Assembly: GCA_030390025.1 (NCBI GenBank)
Contig: CM059430.1
Span: 137,144,001-137,208,000, forward strand
Direction: 5' to 3'
DNA: 64,000 nucleotides
Origin: Squalus acanthias
Lineage: Eukaryota
Positions within the stretch are counted from its first letter, which is position 1. The number at the start of each line of letters is the position of its first letter. Below, one piece after another: positions 60,932-64,000 of this stretch. The notes under the pieces were generated by a model. That model ran no database searches. It was not told the origin of the DNA and saw only the letters and a program-made list of their open reading frames with translations. The position numbers and the translations under genes are program-made.

Positions 60932-61018
60932 GAGATGACACATTCGTGGCCTCCTCCCCTAACAGCGATACACACGCCTGGCAAGGCCGAACCAACCAAG
61001 TTCCCGATCCCGAGCAAG
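60932..61018 (+). CDS. AFF2: AF4/FMR2 family coding exon, 87 nt, phase 0/0, [29 protein letters not shown]
   Basis: Acceptor ttttttattttgctgcag|GAG and donor AAG|gtaggg. Hallmark AFF motif [16 protein letters not shown]. Joins in frame to the 37580 exon across intron 37625-60931. Confidence 0.95.
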
Positions 61019-61924
61019 GTAGGGACCTGCTATTGCAACTGGACCTAATCGGATGGATTTTACCAGGGGTGGGAAGCGGTTGAAAGAAAACTCCTTTTGA
61101 CAGCACCTAGGTTTTAAAATTGAACAAAAACAAATTAGGTCTAGCTTCACAGCGATCAAAAGATGGAGGTTTTATATAACAACTGGTGTATGCCATTGAG
61201 GGTCCTTGTTTTCAACTGTTTATAATATCTAGGAGTGACTAATGCAATGTGCACCATCGGATTCATAGAATTACATAGACTTACACAGAATCTACAGCAC
61301 AGAAACAGGCCATTCGGCCCAACTGGTCCATGCCGGTGGTTATGCTTCACACGAGCCTCCTCCCACCCCTCTTCATCTCACCCTATCTGCATATCCTTCG
61401 AGCAGGAGGATACAGAGATAGGATATACACAAGAATGATGCAATTAACACATCAGGAGTATTTCTGCATGAAATGTGGTTATGTTTGGCACTTTAGGGTA
61501 AATTTTTGGAGATTCCGATCCCAATGCAGAGCGTTGCCTGACAAGAGTGTAGATCCGAGAATTTGGCATGCAGATCAGCCCATTCACTCTGCTTCCCATT
61601 TTCTGGCCATTCTTTTCAATGGCCAAAAATATAATTATGAGCGCCGCAAATCAGACACACTCACTACTTCGCCGAGTTCGGCGATGTTCCCATTGAGTAA
61701 GCCTCTCTGAAGATTTATCCTAACATCTCAAAATCACATGAATGCAATGCAGTATTGTCAAATTATTGCCAGTTAGTGCAGTGTTACAGATTGACTGAGA
61801 CTGTCGCAGTTCACTTTCCTAGTAAGACCCTCGAGAATCGTGAGATAGACCTTCATCCCACTCCACCTTTCTCAAATTTGTATTTTAGTCCTAGAGTGTC
61901 AGTTTGCCTCATTGGGTCGTGGAT

Positions 61925-62300
61925 TCAAGATCTCAATTTTAGAATTTTCATCCTCATGTTCAAATTCCTCCATGGCCTCACCTCTCTCTACCCTCCTCCA
62001 GCCCTACAACTCTCCAAGATCTCTGCGCTCCTCCAATTCTGGCCTCTTGTGTATCCTCCACTTACTTCGCCCCACCATTGGTGTCAGTGCCTTCAGCCGT
62101 ATGGACCCGAAGCTCTGAAATTCCCTCCCTAAATCTCTCCTCCTCTCCAGCTCTCTCACCTCCTTTAAGACGCTCCTTAAAATCAACCTCTTTGGCCAAG
62201 CTTTAGACTCTGTGTCAAACGTTGTCTGATAACCCTCCTGTGAAGCGCCTTGGGACGTTTTGCTACCTTAAAGGTGCTACATAAATGCAAGTTTTTGTTG
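61925..62300 (+). mobile_element. L2 3' fragment
   Basis: LRSSNSGLL peptide and tail. Confidence 0.8.
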
Positions 62301-62677
62301 CTCCAGAACTTGAGCACGTGATCTAGGCTGACAGTTTCAGTCAATGTGTCTCACTCCACTAACCGGCAAGAATTTGGTAACATTGCATTGAGAAACCAAG
62401 AAAAAACTAAATTGTCCCACTGACTAGTTGGAAGAGTTCTTCTAAAGTTGAAACTGTGTATAGATAGGATCTTTTCAACACGCAACTGAGTCATGTCTTA
62501 TCTGAACTAGACTGATTGACATTACCATTAACCATAACTGTATTGTCAGAGGCCCTGTCTGCCGGTTGATGTAAAGGATTCCATGGCACTATCCAAAATA
62601 GAGCAGGGCGTTCTCCTTGTGTCCTAGTCAACATACCTCAACCAACACCACCCAAAGCAGATCAACTCTTAATTCCG

Positions 62678-63140
62678 GAATGATACCGGGGCTTGGAGGG
62701 TTAAATTATGAGTACAGATTGCATAAAGTTATCTTGTATTCTCTTGAGCATAGGAGATTGAGGGGTGATCTGATCGAGTTGTTTAAAATGTTAAACGGAT
62801 TTGAAAGGGCAGATATGGAGAAACTATTTCCTCTGGTGGGGGAATCAAGAACAAGAGGGCAATATCTTAAAATTAGAGCTGGGCCATCCAGGAACAAAAT
62901 CAGAAGTCACTTTTTCACGCAAATTTGCGGTAGAAATTTGGAACTTCCCCCACCAAAAGGCTGTGGATGCTGGGGGTCAATTGGAGCGATCGAGACTGAG
63001 ATCGATAGATTTTTTTGTTAGGTTAGGGTATCAAGGGATATGGAGAAGAGGCGGGAAAATGGAGTATTCCTGCTGATTAGCCATTGAATGGCGGAGCAGG
63101 CCCCAGGGCTGAATGGCCTACTCCTGTTCCTATGTTCCTA
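62678..63140 (+). mobile_element. CR1 3' fragment nested in a Deu SINE
   Basis: YSLEHRRLRGDLIELFK; SINE sequence on both sides. Confidence 0.8.
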
Positions 63141-63369
63141 TCTCATTGCAGTTTGTAATATCTTACTGTATGCAAATATAGCTGCTGTGTTTACCTAAAT
63201 AACAACAGTCACTGCACCTCTACATACCACACGGACTGCAGCGGTTCAAGATGACGGCTCACCACCACCTTCTCACGGGCAATTAGGGATGGCCTTGTCA
63301 GCGACGCCCACATCCCGAGAATGAATAAAAAAAAGATAAATCATTGTATGTGGAATGCTTTGAGATTAA

Positions 63370-63792
63370 AAAAAGAAAAACTTGTGTTTCTACAGCATCT
63401 TTCACAACCTCAGGACGTCCCAAAGCACTTTACAGCCGATAAAGTACTTTTTGAAGTGTAGTCACTGTTGTAATGTGGGAAATATGACAGCCAATTTGCG
63501 CACAGCAAGCTCCCACAAACAGCAATGAGATAATGACCAGATAATCTGTTTTTAGTGATTTTGGTTGAGGGATAAATATTGGCTAGGAAACCGGGGAAAA
63601 TGCACCTGCTCTTCGAAATGGTGCCATGGGATCCTTTACGTCCACTTGAGAGGACAGACGGGGCCTTGTTTTAACGCCTCATCTGAAAGACGGCACCTCT
63701 GACAGTGCAGCGCTCCCTCAGTACTGCACTGGGTGCTCAAGTCCTGGAGTTACTCTGAGGCGGGAGTGCTACCCACTGAGCCACAGCTGATA
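63370..63792 (-). mobile_element. SacSINE1-like Deu SINE
   Basis: Head-core-tail on the minus strand. Confidence 0.85.
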
Positions 63793-63899
63793 CCTCATGG
63801 CTGAGATGTTACTGAGGTGTGATAAGGTGCATATCTCTGTTTATATATTTCAGAATTCTACCTTTTAAGTCACTGTGTACTCCACTACTGAGACTCAGT

Positions 63900-64000
63900 G
63901 GCCCGGAATTTGCGATCCGGGGATGAAGGTGAACTGGCGGCGTTCGCTGTCATTCCGCCTTTGAAACTGACCGCAACTTCTGGATTTGTGCTGCGGTCTG
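63900..64000. mobile_element. Probable left end of another Harbinger-type MITE
   Basis: AGT|GGCCCGGAATTT resembles the terminus and target of the 35116 element; cut off by the window edge. Confidence 0.4.

Noticed and set aside
61019-64000. Next AFF exon (expected short ESQ/DSQ-type exon)
   Set aside because: No acceptor followed by a matching peptide was found; it presumably lies beyond the window. The large upstream exon carrying the SIAH degron is also absent.

Overview
This is vertebrate genomic DNA, almost certainly from a shark or other cartilaginous fish, judged by the SacSINE1/Deu-type SINEs, LF-SINEs, CR1/L2 tails and Penelope ends. The window is mostly intron of a + strand AF4/FMR2-family gene, best matching AFF2. 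Two phase-0 coding exons are visible: 37580-37624 (VSLSNETSCVEEILR) and 60932-61018 ([29 protein letters not shown]), together the ELL-binding segment. Nearly all ORFs in the supplied track are transposon or tandem-repeat artefacts. The most notable unannotated signals are: (1) a candidate internal first exon at 48239-48376, ATG-initiated, 46 codons, with a perfect phase-0 donor in frame with the downstream exon; (2) a Penelope-derived insertion carrying a sense-strand minimal hammerhead ribozyme whose 3' half lies inside a perfect 65-bp inverted repeat; (3) a PIF/Harbinger system made of an internally deleted element with a Myb/SANT ORF plus several CpG-rich MITE families with 3-bp TSDs; (4) a twin-priming-like 5'-inverted L2; (5) a nested minisatellite/MITE/RTE locus. 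Family assignments come from recalled consensus sequences, not database searches. Repeat boundaries are approximate unless a TSD is quoted.
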